A stretch of DNA of 64,000 nucleotides, taken from positions 744,001-808,000 of the forward strand of contig QPGO01000002.1 of NCBI GenBank assembly GCA_008632985.1, written 5' to 3'. The notes under the pieces are model-generated. The model was given only the letters and a program-made list of their open reading frames with translations, made no database searches and was not told the DNA's origin. The position numbers and the translations under genes are program-made. The stretch comes from Psammoneis japonica (Eukaryota). Of the stretch, positions 10,886 through 27,305 are shown piece after piece. Position 1 is the first letter of the stretch; the number at the start of each line of letters is the position of its first letter.

Positions 10886-11778
10886 GTGGACGGGGGGGGG
10901 GGGGCATCCATTGTGCATGCTGAGTGGTTTCCTAATTGTCTTGGGCAGCGCCAACGTAAAACACTGCAGGAAGAACTCTTTGCGTTGAGAGGAGCGCTCG
11001 AATCTGAATCCGAAAGGCAGCGAGCGAGAGTGGATCGCAGATCGCATCATCGATTTTGCGCTCAGAATGGAGGAGTCGTTGTCTGTCTGCCAAATCTTTT
11101 AATTGGAAGGGCGGAACGATCATGACATGCTGCAGTCTCCAGCACATGAAATGTTAACAGAGAGGCTCAACACTCTCAACTCAAACACAAACTGCACAGA
11201 CGCTCTTCGCTCCAACGTCAAACGTCAACATTGTCGGCGCATCGGGTTTCAGTTTTTTTTTGTCTTATTATCTTATTACGCCCTCATGTATTTTACCTCG
11301 TCAGCACGCACTGGTACATACATACGGTACGTACATACTTCGTAGTCGTATGACATTGTTCTCCACGACCACAACAAGTAAGTACTGTGATGCAAATTCA
11401 TTTTTTTAAGCAAAGCCAGGACATTTGAAAGCTACAGGATAGAAAGCGAACATATTTTAGGGCTATTGACAAACAATAGTCATTAAGTCATATTTGACAA
11501 GTGTGCGAAATGCTTTATGTTTCAGGATGACTTCTCAGAAATCAAATCACGAATCCCTTCCTTATTCTATAAATAATATTGAGCGTATCTTGACACGTCC
11601 TCAATTCTGCTGTTTCGTATTTAAGGGAGAACTCGGAAAGAGGCCCTTCTTCTTCGCGATATTTGGTCAAAAGGGTGCAATGAGCTCACCTACCTTTAGC
11701 CGCCATTTCCATTTCTTCTGTTTTCGCGGCGCTCGTTTCATTCTTCAGACAATTGGTGAGAAGTAACGCTGATGAACC

Positions 11779-14083
11779 ATGAAGCATCGCTTCATCTTCC
11801 TGGCATCTTGCCTCCTTGTGGCTGGAGTAGTTGCGCATCCTAACCATCAACATCCTCATGACCATGACCACAATCATGATCATGCTGAACGAGTTGGCCA
11901 TGGCGGGCATTTTTCCCATCCAGGTAATAACGTCGGGAACGCGAACAACCGTCCTTTTTTTGCTCTGGGAAAGTTATGGAAAAACAAGAAGGAGTTTGTC
12001 GAGTCCGGAGCACCTTGCGGCTTCCGTGAACCGAGCAAAGCGGTGCAGCACAGGGACAGGGAGCGGATCCGAATTCATCGCCTCAAGAAGCAGGCCCTCA
12101 TTAACCTTGGTCGTCTCCCGCCCGAAAAGTGGAACAGAAAGAGGCAAGGGAGCGTCCGCAGGTTGAGCAATTTCGGTCCTCAAGATGTCTACACGGTCAA
12201 GGTATACTTCCACGTCATCACCAATCAATTTGGGGATGGCTACATCTCCGACGATGTGATTCAGAAGCAGATGGCGGTTCTGAACGAGGGATTCAGCGGT
12301 ATTGAGACTACCTACGGACGCTGCAACGCCCCAGGCATCGATAGTATTCCTAATGGCCCTGAGACTCCTATCCGCTTTCAGCTATGGGAGACCATCCGCA
12401 CGGTCAACGACAATTGGTTCAATAACATTGACAATGGAGCCTACAAGGCGACGCTAAGACGAGGAGACTGTTCAGATCTGAACATATACACCGGCAAATC
12501 GTATGTTCTTGGATTTGCAAGTCAGCCTGTATTATGCGGTGGAAATTTAAATAATGATGGGGTCGTGTTAAACTACGAGACTCTTCCTGATCAAGGGCTC
12601 ACACCTTACGACGAAGGCGACACTTTAACGCATGAGGTAAGAAAGAGTTTGTTACATTGTAAATGTGAGTTGAGGCTCCATTTCTTACTTTCGAAACTTC
12701 TCTCTACGTTGACGTCATTGTGTATCAGGTCGGCCATTGGCTTGGTCTTTATCACACCTTCGAGGGTGATCTCGAAGAAGATAGTTGCAACGGGGATGGT
12801 GACTACATTGCGGACACGCCGCAAGAAGAATACAGATCTTACGGATGTCCCATTGGCCAAATATCATGTGGAACAATAGATCCGATTCACAACTACATGG
12901 ACTACACCGATGGTAAGTTTGAAGAGCATCGCATGATAACATATGGTACTAATGTTATCGCTCGGCGTGTCTTATTTTTCCTCCTCCCGTTACCCTGCTA
13001 CCTGCTAGACTGTTGCATGTTCAGGTTTTCTCCAGATCAGGTGGAAAAGATGGTTCGTACACAATGAACATTATTGTTGGATTGCACGCGGTTGTGTAGA
13101 GCATGTCTCACGTATCATCATTCTCTATATTTTCAAACCGTTTCAGGTAGATGAGTTGGAGGTGTACCGAGACGTGCAAGCAGGAAATCAGGTTGGTACA
13201 CCCCCGCCTCAGTCAAGTCCACCACCCACGGTTGCTCCGACAGCTTGTCCCTTTGGTGGTACAGAAGTCGTGTTTACCATCTTCACAGATAACTATGGTC
13301 TTGAGACTTCCTGGTTGGTCGAAGATTCAGGAGGGATTACCGTAGCCAATGGCGGTAATTATGGAAACGGAAAGTTATATGTGGAGAACTTCTGCCTTGA
13401 GGATGGTGATTACACCTTTACACTGAAAGATTCCTGTGAGTCTTGTCAATGATCTGACGTATTGCGCTTGCTCCCGTTGAAGTTTTCATCTCCGCTAACT
13501 TGTGGAAACTCTTTGTTTGCTTTTGTGCTTAGTCGGTGACGGCATATGTTGTGCATATGGAGATGGGTGGTATTCATTGGGATTGTCTGCAAATCCTACA
13601 AAATTTGTGGATACAGCAACGTTTACCAGTGATTCTGTATCCCATGAATTCCAAATTGTTTCTCAGCAGTCGCCTCCTCCTCCTCCTCCTCCTCCTCCGC
13701 CGCCACCGCCTCCACCTCCGCCTCCTCCGCCAGCATGTGCCCAAGACAAGCGGGAATTTGTGTTCAAGCTTGAAGCTGGTTCCAATCCGCAAAACACGAG
13801 GTGGTGGCTCAAGCAGAGATCTGGCACTTGGGTAACTGTTGCAGCAAAGGGTTACAATACCTACTGCAGTAATGGTGAAGGCTGCTCATGGCCATACTTT
13901 GAGGAGAGCGTTTGCATTGACGCCAACAATGATCGGTTCAGGTTTCGAATCTTTGATAGGGGAGATGGCGTAAGCAGCTACAACATATCCATAGGTGACA
14001 CAATGCTTTTCTCGAATACTGAAGGCATTGACGGTAATTGGGAACAAACAAGGTGGAAGGACGGTTTCTCGCTTTATCGATAG
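11779..14083 (+). CDS. Secreted M43 (pappalysin/ulilysin-like) zinc metallopeptidase with C-terminal DSFGDGICC-type domains; 5 exons (11779-12636, 12729-12912, 13009-13052, 13147-13435, 13533-14083)
   Basis: Signal peptide and His-rich pro-region. Splicing GT-AG introns restores HEVGHWLGLYHTF, the Met-turn NYMDYTDD and DSFGDGICC. A poly-Pro linker follows. Confidence 0.9.
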
Positions 14084-14299
14084 ATCGTATTAGTTATAAG
14101 TCCACGTACCAGAGTTCACAAAGAATGAAATATTTTTTCTTGCATGTCGATTTGGATTCTCTGGCACTCGATACGCACTATCGCTAGAGAGTCTATGTGT
14201 CGGTACGTTTCTCCGGGACTGCGCGGCGCAATATGTACAAAGGACCTGATGAAAAAGCTCTACAGTGTTAACAAAAGCAATGTACTAGTCCGGTAGAGC

Positions 14300-17200
14300 C
14301 TATTTCTTCTTCGTTGATTTCTTGCTCGATCTGGAACGACCAAAACTAAAGCGACTGCCACTTCTGCCGCTCTCTGTAGTTGATTCTTTTGTTGCGCTTT
14401 TCTTTGGCTCTTTGGTTGATTCCTTTGCTGTGCTTTTCTTGGGTGTGTTCTCCCTGGATCGATGCTTCCGTGCCACAGGAGTGTCCGCTTCTTCAAAATA
14501 CTCGACTTCAATTGCGACTTCATTTTCAGCAAGTGGGGTTTCGGGTTTCGGGTCGGGAAGCTTCAATGACCTTCGTCTTGGGGACATCTCATCTATTGAT
14601 TGAATTCCAATTATATCGCTCTGCTTTGAATCGGATTCTGGGGATCCCACTCCTGGAAGATACTTCTGGATGTCGTTCGCAACAGAATCCAGTTTGAGGC
14701 TTTTTGACACGGATCTGAATCCTCCACTAACAGAATTGCGCATATCACCAAGCGTCTCTGCTGCCATTTCTTGTATGTTCGCTCCTTGAACTGCGCTGTT
14801 TAATTCACGCATGTTGTTGGTACTCTCTACAACGAAGCCACTCGCGACGAGCCCCTCGCTCCTGGGAGTCCGTCCGGAGAAGTGAGAGTGTCCGTCTGTG
14901 CTTTCACTGCGCACAAGCCCTATCGAGGGCGTCTCGAGACTCCCACCCTCACTGGGATGATAAGACGACCCTGTCCCTTCAGAACCAAAGCTGTAAGTCC
15001 TTCTGTCTTTTGATCTGTCGCCGTCGCCCATGTTAAACGTCCTTTTCGCTTCGACCACCATATTGTTCACAGCATCGAGAAATCTGTCGGAGGTTTGATA
15101 GCGGTTTGTCAGGTTGCCTCTGTCCACGGGCGATGACCCCGTATTTTGCGATTCGAACGATATATCTGCCTCCGAAGTAGATTTTGACTGGTTTGGTTGC
15201 ACAAACTCAGGCTCTGTCAGATTGGTTTTCGTTGCAATGTATGCCGGAGATGCGACAGGTTGAGAAACTTTCGGCGAATGATGTCTGGTTTTCAAAATGC
15301 TTTTGGGTTTGGAATCGATGTTTTCGACCGACGCATGCGACGCAAAACTGTTCACCTTTCCCCAATCCTGAGGAGAGTCAAAATCTTCCCAATCCCCGCC
15401 ATCTCCCGATTCTGCATGTTCCTTTTCAGCTGGGAGTTCGTCTGCGTCTGCGTTTGGTACACTCACTACTCTCCGTGCAATATCCCGTGCCATTGCTTGT
15501 TCATCGCTATTTTTGATTTCCTTTGCGTTGACCCTTCTGCGGCTTTGAAGTACTTTGCTTGCACGGGCGGCAAGTGCAGACGCATTGCTGGCTGTCGACG
15601 CGGCGGATTTTGGAGAGAGAGCATCAACCGGTGCTTCCTGCTTATAATGAAAGAAAGAATACTCTGAATCCTGCTCAGCATCAAACGTTGGCTTTGGCTG
15701 TCCTTCCGTTCTAGCTTCCAGTAATTTCTTGTGCTGAAATCGATTGATGGGTCGAGCAGCTGCGGCTCGATTAGGATCAGTTCTTTTCGTGGACGTGTTC
15801 ACCTGGATCTTTGGATCTTCACTCCTTTCCATAGCAACAACCTCCACTTCTTCCATCACAGACCCCGTGGTATCACTTGTTCCAGAGGTTTCACTCTTGG
15901 TGATGCTAGCTCCACTTCCGAGAGCATTGGCTTGCCTCATTTTCCGTCGTTGTTCTTGCAGCCTCTTGCGACGCTCGGGACTTCGCCAACTTGTGGGCGG
16001 GTTGATCCGTTTGGGTGATACAATACGACCAGGTTCATCTTCCGGGTCGTCAGACGGGACTGGTGGGATTTGTGGTTTTTGGCGTGCTGCTGGTTTTTTA
16101 ATCTTTGCACAAAGAGGCGAAGCCCCTAGTCGTGATATGGCAACCGCTGGCGGTGGTGACTTATTCGTACCATTGACCTGCCTCGACGGTGTAACAGGAT
16201 CCTCCTTCTCCAATACATCGGCACCCTTTTTCTTCGTAGAGTCTATGACCCACGACGGTTTCTCCACGGGTGACACGATACCTGGTTTGGGGGAATCGGG
16301 AGCATCCTCATTGGACGTCTCATCGTCATCCAATTCATCCAAATCCACGGGACCAGATTCTCGTTCAACCTCTTTCTTTTTCTTTGGCCAATTATCCGAT
16401 TTGACCCCGGAAGACAAAGAATGAATAGAGGACGCCTCCGATGGAGCTTTTATACCGCCTGGAGATTCCAATTGAGAAGTAGCTTCCTCGAGTTTCTTCC
16501 ACATGTTGTCACGTACACTCGATCGTGGCGCATTTTTCTCTCCTTCGTCCTGCTGCGGTTTAACCCATGGCGGTGATTGGCGTTGCTTCCACGATGGAAC
16601 AGAATCGTCCTTGGAAGCGACGGATACGTCATCATTCGCTTTTGATCCGTCTTCTTGCTTTGGTTTCGCCCAAGGTGGCGATTGGCGTTGCTTCCACGAC
16701 GAAACGGAATCGGAAGCAACTGAAGCATCATCTTGTGCCTTTGCTTCTTCAACCTTCTTCTTTACCCACGGCGGAATCGTTGACGACTGTTTTGGCGGTA
16801 GTCCAGACGAACGTTTCTTCCACGACGGCGATGATTTGGCGACTGATTCGCTTTCTCGCTTTTTCCACATGCTCGCCACGCTATTCTCGTTTGTCCGTTG
16901 AGGTGACGCCGGTTTCTTTTTTTGCACATTCTTTATTCGTGTCGTCGGTGACGATTCAACAACTGCATCGTCGTCGTCATCACCCGTGGGCCAATCCACT
17001 TCGCTATCACGATTCTTTTGCCACATGGCATCATCTCCCAGCACGGGAGTTCGCTCGGCATTGTTTTCGAGAGATTCGTCCTCCATCAGCTCGCCCTCGT
17101 CCTCCTTTTGTTGCTGCTGCTGTACGGTCTTTCTCCAGGATGTTATTTGTGGTGATGACGTGGTTGGTGTCGACTGCTTTTGCAGTCGCTTATTCCAAAT

Positions 17201-18759
17201 GTCAGCAACGCTGGAACGCTTCGATACCGTACTCGCCTCGTCGTCGTTGTCGTCGTCGACGACATTGTGCTCTTCTACTTCCGCTTGTTGTGCTGGCTCT
17301 TCTACAGCTTGCTTTCTGACCCACGATGGTTGCGGTGATGGTTGTATTGGAGGCAATTCCTGTTGCGGTGCCTTCTTTCTCATCCACGACGGAGATGGCG
17401 GCGTATGAAAAGGACCTTTGGGTGCGCCGGGTGTACCAGGAGATGATGCAGCAGCTTTTTTCTTCATCCAAGGTGGCTGAGTCGAAGCATGAGAATCATC
17501 ATCGGATGGAGCATGGTGCGCACTACTAGTGGGAGTAGCAGATCTTTTCTTCATCCAAGGTGGCTGTGACGAAGCATGGGATTCATCATCGGACAGAGTC
17601 GTCTGATGCGTACTAGTGGGTGTCGCACCTTTTTTCTTCATCCAAGGTGGTTGAGATGAAGCATGGGAATCGTCATCTTTGGGCATTGCCGGCTCCAGTG
17701 TCGGTTCCGTGGCTCTCTTCTTCATCCAAGAGGGCGGCGTCGAAGCATGAGAATCGTCGTCTCTTGGTACTGCTGTTTTCTTCTTCATCCAAGAAGGCTT
17801 GACAGACACATGAGAATCATCATCGTTCAGCTCTGCCTCTTCTGACGGTGATCCTGTAGCTTTTTTCTTCATCCAAGGCGGTGTACTCGCTCGACTTTGA
17901 GTTTCTGCTGCTTTTGGAATCTCGCCTGTCGACTCTTCTGCAGCAGCTTTCTTTACCCACGACGGCGTGACGGAGTTCGTAGGCTCTACTTCTGGCCGGT
18001 GTGATGTACCATGCAAAAGTTTCTTCTTTGCCCAAGCCGGCTGTGTTGATTCCGCTGGGGTTCCACTTCTGCTGGGTGCTCTGTCGTATGGGCGAGTCTC
18101 GTCTTCATCCAAGACGGTTGCGTTGATTCTACTGCAGGCTCAACCTCGGCCTGGTGGTGTTCAGAAGCAGGCGCAAGTTTCTTTTTCATCCAAGGCTGAG
18201 GCGGCGTTGACTCTTTTGGAGAATCCACATGCTGTGGACTACTACTACTACTAGGAGGAGGATTCCACTTGTGTGCAACGCCACGTGGTGATTCTGATTT
18301 GGCAGGAGAAGGACTATACCGCTTTTGTTCTTCTTCCCTCTGTTCTTCACCTGCATCCTGTTGCTTTTGTTTCCAAAACGAAGACACACTCGAGCGTTTG
18401 GAAGGAACAGTCGTCGGTGATACTGGCTCTTCTCCTGCAGCTTGTTGCTGAGGAGATTTCTTTTGCGAGTTCCACTTGTTGTCGGCAACACGAATACTTG
18501 CAACTGTTTCCGCGTTTCCCCCCGAATCCCGTTTTCTCCAAATATCAATGACACTGGAGCGTTTCGGTACGGCTTGTTCGATTTCTTCTGCTTCTTCTGG
18601 AATGGACTGTTGCGTATCATCGTCACCGTGACTGTCTGGTATGGAATGGTGATCCGGTATCGAATCATTCATGGCCCTTATGCGATCCTGAATCGACAAC
18701 GAAGTCCATTCCTTTCGACTGTAGCCCGAACGTTGCGAGGCGTCATCAGCGTCAGACAT
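14300..18759 (-). CDS. Large intrinsically disordered protein (~1480 aa) with repeated P[PS]W[MV]KK[KR] motifs; one apparent frameshift at ~18058
   Basis: ORFs 17986-18759 and 14300-18112 overlap and share the same repeat (ESTQPSWMK.. / ESTQPAWAKK). The shift falls in a C homopolymer. Confidence 0.75.
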
Positions 18760-19514
18760 TATGTGGAAAAGAATAATAGCTAGCTTTCAAAATTAACAAC
18801 GAAAAGTACGCCAGCTGCTGTTGTTGCTGTTGTTGCGTTTCGTGGCTATGCTTTTATTTGCCGACTCGGTAGTCGCGTTTTTATTCTTCAACAACAGCAA
18901 GAACAACAGGCAACGACGTCGTGATGCGGATGCATGCATGCGGGTGAAGAACGGCATGTTCCGTCTTTTCGGCGTGCACACGACGCATGTTCATTCTGTG
19001 ATAGCGATATTTTTTGTCTATATACAAGGGTGAAGTTAGTTAAATGCATTGTCAATGGTACCGTTACGTTTGGTCGTGAATCGCCTAAGTATAAACAATA
19101 TTTAGAGAATGGTCTTCTAAATATAATCATATGACAAAATCATTTAGAAAAATACATGTATATAGAGGCAAATTCAATTTCAACGGGCGTAATACTCACA
19201 TTCATGCGTGACAAAAAATATATTCGAACGGTTGTCCAAACGTCATTGTACGTTTGTCTTTGAAAAATGGCGGGAAAAATCTGTTCATTGTCTGTGTCAA
19301 CGGGTCATTGAGTATTTGTATGTTGGTATGAATATCAAGATACGTTCACAAATGTCTGCCACGTACATTTCGTACTGATAGCTACATGATGGGTCATGTC
19401 CGTTGCATCCCAATCAAAACATGCCGTTTTGGAGTTTTCGTCGACAACAAAAACAGGAGTGTGTGTTTTTTTTTGTGTTGCCACACATCTTATCTATCGT
19501 CGCCCCCTCTGACC

Positions 19515-22378
<2,864 letters not shown>

Positions 22379-22539
22379 AAGCGAGTTAAATCTAAGGCGA
22401 CTCTCGATACTACTACAATACACTGTCGGGGCTTGAACGCTCGGAGATTCCGAACGAAAAATAAAGGAGTATTGAATGCCAGCGACAAGGGACCAGAAAG
22501 ATTAAAGAGTTATATCTTTACCGGCATGACTCTAAACTA

Positions 22540-24611
22540 TTATTCTGGCTTTGTGTATATCAAATCCATACTTTCCACGTGCATCTTTTTCGAAAAGTGT
22601 TTGCTGCTTTCATCATCATCCTTGTCATTATCAAGTTTGATAATCTTTTTGGTCGTATTGAGTGGAGACGATGGCCCAACACCATCCGACATGCCCATGA
22701 CCTCGTCCTCGTCTTGGCGTGCATTTTCCCAATTGTGTTTGCATTGCGCCAAGTGCCGCTTACAATCGTCAATGGTCCCTTGTGGATTCAACAACATCCA
22801 CTTGATTTGTTCTTCCAAATAAATGCCAACTTGAGGTCCGCTTGGCAAATCGAGTAATTTGATCAATTCCTTGCCATTCAAGAGTGGTTTCATTTTCCAA
22901 CACAAGTCTAATTTCATTTCTTGCATGATTGCATGATAGACGGTACAAGATATCTGTAGAATGGATTCTCGTTCCGAAACATTTGTGTTTTCCGACTTGT
23001 CAAACTCTCTCAACAGGGTGATCGTTGTCAGCAAGAGACTTGTGACCCACAATTCCTTGATGGATCGCAATACGACACCCGCCTCGAGCCGAAATGGCTG
23101 GCTGGACGACAAAGTACCTGCATGTGGTTGTTTCGTTCCAACATGAGTTTGGCGTTGCGAAGCAAATAGGTCATTTTATCCACGGTATCCAGCACAGTCG
23201 TGACTCGAACGACATCTTTGGTTTTGAATTGAATGCCGTCCCGAATCATGTACTTGACGACACTCTGTCTCCTGCCCTTGTGGTCTGTATAGGAAAGGTG
23301 TCGAAAGGGCAAGACAAAGGTACATATATGCAAGAGACGTGTATCGACTGCACTCCTTTCTGTGCTACCAGCTGTTAGTGCTGCTGCTGCTGCTGCTTCG
23401 TCGGAATTGCTCTTGCGTGCTGCCATGTCTTCTTGATGCTTGTCATACACAGTAGGCAACAATTTTAACATCTCACACGATTCTTCCCATGCCATTTCTC
23501 TCTTGTGCGAGAGTTCCTCATGATTACCAACATACGGTTCTCCCAGTATTGTACCCACAATGGAATCATTGTTGGGAACAATAAACACACTCCCGGCAAG
23601 CTTTAAATGAAATATTGTTTGCAGTGCCTTGTGTGGCTTGGCACCTTTACCCGTCAACATACCCTCCAGTTCTTTGCCCACCCGTTGTCGGCTCACCTTG
23701 ACATGAAGCGACTTGTGCACCTCGGTGGAAACACACGCTTGCTCGAGTGCATCATCCAAGTCGAGATTGTACCGTACGGCAAAGCGAATGGCTCGCAACA
23801 CACGAAGGGGATCGTCATGAAAGGTCGTCATGGGATCCAGCGGCGTTACGAGAACACCCCGTTTCAAATCGGCAATACCCCGCTGTGTCCAGTCTTCGAC
23901 AAGTCTTGTTCTTAGATTAAAGAATAAGGCATTCAATGTAAAATCCCGTCGCTGCGCATCGTCCAGTGGCGTTCCAAAGGTGGTGGTGGGAATCCGCGAA
24001 TGGCTCTCGTATGATTCATTTCCACGCAAATTGGTAAAGTCAACCTCGACATGATGCACCACCATGGTGGCAGTCTCCAAGTGTTTCGATTGAGACGGAT
24101 TCGCCTTGATGACACCCATCTTACCCACGGCACTCTTATCTCCAACAATATCGTTTCGTCCCAATTTCTGTTTGAGATATTCTTGTACCAGCGTCGCAAA
24201 GTCTTTGCCCGTCAAACAGTCCACGGCTAAATCGACATCGTGACTGTACCGTCCCATGATTTTATCACGAACCCAACCACCGGCAATCCGAATCTCGACG
24301 TGACGGGCGGAAATGTCCGGCAACACGATTTCACCACGTTCAAACGCGTTGGCCGTCGACACCAAAACGTCAATGAGATGCTCTTCGTCTTGATCCAAAC
24401 ATAATACAACGGCTCCATCTTTTTCTGATGCTGTTGTTGTCGTTTGTTGTTGTTGTTGAGGTGAGCCTACAATCACACGTGTCGGTACAGAAACCGTCTC
24501 CTGACTTGGAGGAGGAGGAGGAGGAGGAGGTGTAGTTCCGTTTTGATTCGCCATGGTGCTGTGCGTCTGAGATCTGAGATGCTGTGATGCGTTGAGATGG
24601 CGGCTTCGCAT
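22540..24611 (-). CDS. CCA1: Class II tRNA nucleotidyltransferase (CCA-adding enzyme); 1-nt slip at ~23131; start codon uncertain (24611 or 24554)
   Basis: RIAGGWVRDK..DVD, NPSQSKHLETA, FGTPLDDAQRRDFTLNALF, DDPLRVLRAIRF, KVSRQRVGKE; C-terminal KPLLNG..GPQVG. Confidence 0.88.
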
Positions 24612-25351
24612 CAGTCGCGACAAGTGGCGAGAGGTGACAGACAGACGAGACGTGTGCGTGCTTTTTACGCATGCAGCAGCGCCTGCGGGTGCGGAGAGAT
24701 GCGCCCGCGCCGCCACAATGACGATGCGTCTTCAAGTCTGTTGTTGTGCTGCAGAGATGACAGCAAACAGCAATTGCTAAACCCAAGAACCAATGCGAAT
24801 GCAGAATGCTTCTGTTTTTTCTGCTTTTGTCTCTGTGGTCTCTGGATCGCTGGAGGAAGTCTTTTTTTTTGCTGCACAACTGACACAAAGTGCTGCTGTG
24901 CTGCACTCTCAACACTGCTGTTGATGTCAGTGCACATGATGGCCTCTTTCCCTTTGCTGGACATTTTGGCAAAACAGCTCACTTGACATGTTTGTTTGCT
25001 CTGGGCCCACACAAATGTTGTCATCAACACCTGAAAAATGCAGAATGTGCATGTTTGCTTGTGATGATTGTGTGGCATGAATGGAAACACCAGAGCCGCA
25101 CGCAGCACGCTCTCTCTCAAAGATCATGCCCTGCTGCTGGCTGGCCACCCACCAGCATGTTTTGTGCACTCCAGAAACATGCCAGGAATGTGACTTTTCC
25201 TTGCAAGCCTGGGACACCTGCTGCACACCACCAGCTGGTTTTCCTGACTGAGCGCATGAGCCCGCGTCATTTTGTGCAGTGCACACCACCTGTTTTTTCC
25301 AGCACAGGGGTGAGGAAACAAAGGATGCCAGAGCATGGTTGAGCAGCTTTG

Positions 25352-25461
25352 GCAACAACAACAGCAACAACAGCAACAATGGCAACAATGGCAAAAACAG
25401 CAACAACAGGAGCAACAACAGCAACAACAACAGCAACAACAACAGCAACAACAGCAACAAC
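25352..25461 (+). repeat. Imperfect (CAA/CAG)n microsatellite
   Basis: caacaacaacagcaacaacagcaacaatggc...; a shorter counterpart sits at 35458-35488. Confidence 0.85.
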
Positions 25462-27305
25462 ATTTTCTCTGTCCTCGGTTGGTGTCTCTGCATGGTTGCT
25501 GCAGCTGTGGTTTGTTGATCAGAACATTGGACAGATGCCAGCAAAGACTGGGCTTTCAACAAGCAGCTGGCCTGCACAGCTCTCAAGCTCAATGATGGGA
25601 AATGGAGCTTGCTTGTTGCAGCGGGTCTAACACAAATGAGAGTTTCAAAAATGGAGGTGGTTCTTTGTTCAGTTTTCTGGCACCCTCTTCCTCCTCCTCT
25701 CCTCCCCCAACTTTTGATCAACCTTGGTTGAGACAATTTCTCTCTGACATCTGACAAAAACAACAAATGCCACTCAACATGATGGCATTTCTTTCTGGCT
25801 GCCACAACAACAAACAACCAGCTCTGTTGAGAGCCAATCTCCTTTTTTGTGTGTGCATTGTCATTGTTGCTCTGTGCTGCCCACATCGAAGCATGTGCAC
25901 CCACAACAGCAGACCACTCAACATTTGATGCAATGCCCCTCACCTGCCCTGCTCCTTGCTCCTGGCCTCCAGCATGCACACAAAGTGGCTTGAAAAAGTC
26001 ATGGCTGCTTGCTCTAATTGGTCAAGTCAATGGATGCTGAAAAGGGTGCCAAAGCACATTTTTGCCATGGGACAAATTGCCCATTCACTGCCAGATGAGA
26101 AGAACACTGTTGAGTGCTGCTGCCATGTCTTGCTTGAGCTTGTGCTTGTTGCTGGAGAAGACCTTTGCTGGTTGCTGTTGCAAGAATGTGAAAGGAAGAA
26201 GTTGACATCACATGCTGACCCACGCACAATTGACGCTGCTGCCTCTGCTGTTGGACCTCTCTGAGCCATGCTGCAGCGACAAGAAAATTGGACAAAATGC
26301 AAACACTGTGCCACCGGACCCTTGTTGTGTGCATCATGGGCCTGGATGCTGGTGCCTTGGATGTTGTTGTTGCTGTTGTGTGTCCGCACATTGGGCAGTT
26401 GCTTGATGACAAAAGCTGTGCTGTGCAAAGTGAAAGGCCAAATCTGTGCTGTGCAAAGAAGCTCTGAGACCTTGTTGTTGTCATGGCTGGAACCAAAGGC
26501 TCTCATCCTCCACAAAGCAGACAGAAAGCAAACCAGCCAAATCTTTAAGATCAGCTCTGTCACCCAAGTGAAGGAGGCCTTTCATTCTCAAAATGACCAG
26601 CAAAAGGCAAGCTGGCAACAAAATGTTGTTGGAGCAGGAATGGCAAGTTGCACTCTCTTGCAAAACACAAAGAATGAGCTTGCAGAACAGCAACAATGTC
26701 CTCCAAATGCCACACAATGAACACCATCTGCCTCTGCTTTGGCCTGAGCGGCAATGCCAGGCAACCAAAATGCCAAAAAAGCCATGTCTGGCTTTCCCAT
26801 GGGACATGTGGTTGCAAAGATTGAAAGCATCCAGGCTGGCTTTGCCAGGTGCTTGAGAATGGCTTCTCAAGCACCCCTGGTGTGTCGTTCAGCTTCAAGC
26901 TGCATTCCTGAGCAAAGACTCTGTTTGGCGGGTCAAAAACAAGGTCCCAGCACAACTTTCTGTCTTTGCTTTTGTTGTGATTGACCTCATCCAATGCCCC
27001 AGTGACGGCATCAACAAATCCATCAATGGAGTTGCCACGGGTGGACTGATCAACCCCTGACTGTGAGGTGTCAACATTCAGCAATCAACAGACTGCCTCA
27101 ATTGAGTGAAAGGCATCCAAGCCAATCCTTGCAGTCTGGAACAAATGCAACAATGTGGCCACATGCTTGCAAACTTTGTGCCAAGTTCATCATGGAGTGC
27201 AGCTTGCCAATTGATGAGTGTTTTGGTCCATGAAGAGCACATTTTTTGTCTCCTGTGCTGGTTGCAGTTGATGCAAAATTCCATGATTTCCAATCATTGC
27301 TTCTT

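Noticed and set aside
13673..13732. (CCT/CCG)n tract as a stand-alone repeat element
   Set aside because: It encodes the poly-Pro linker of the M43 peptidase.
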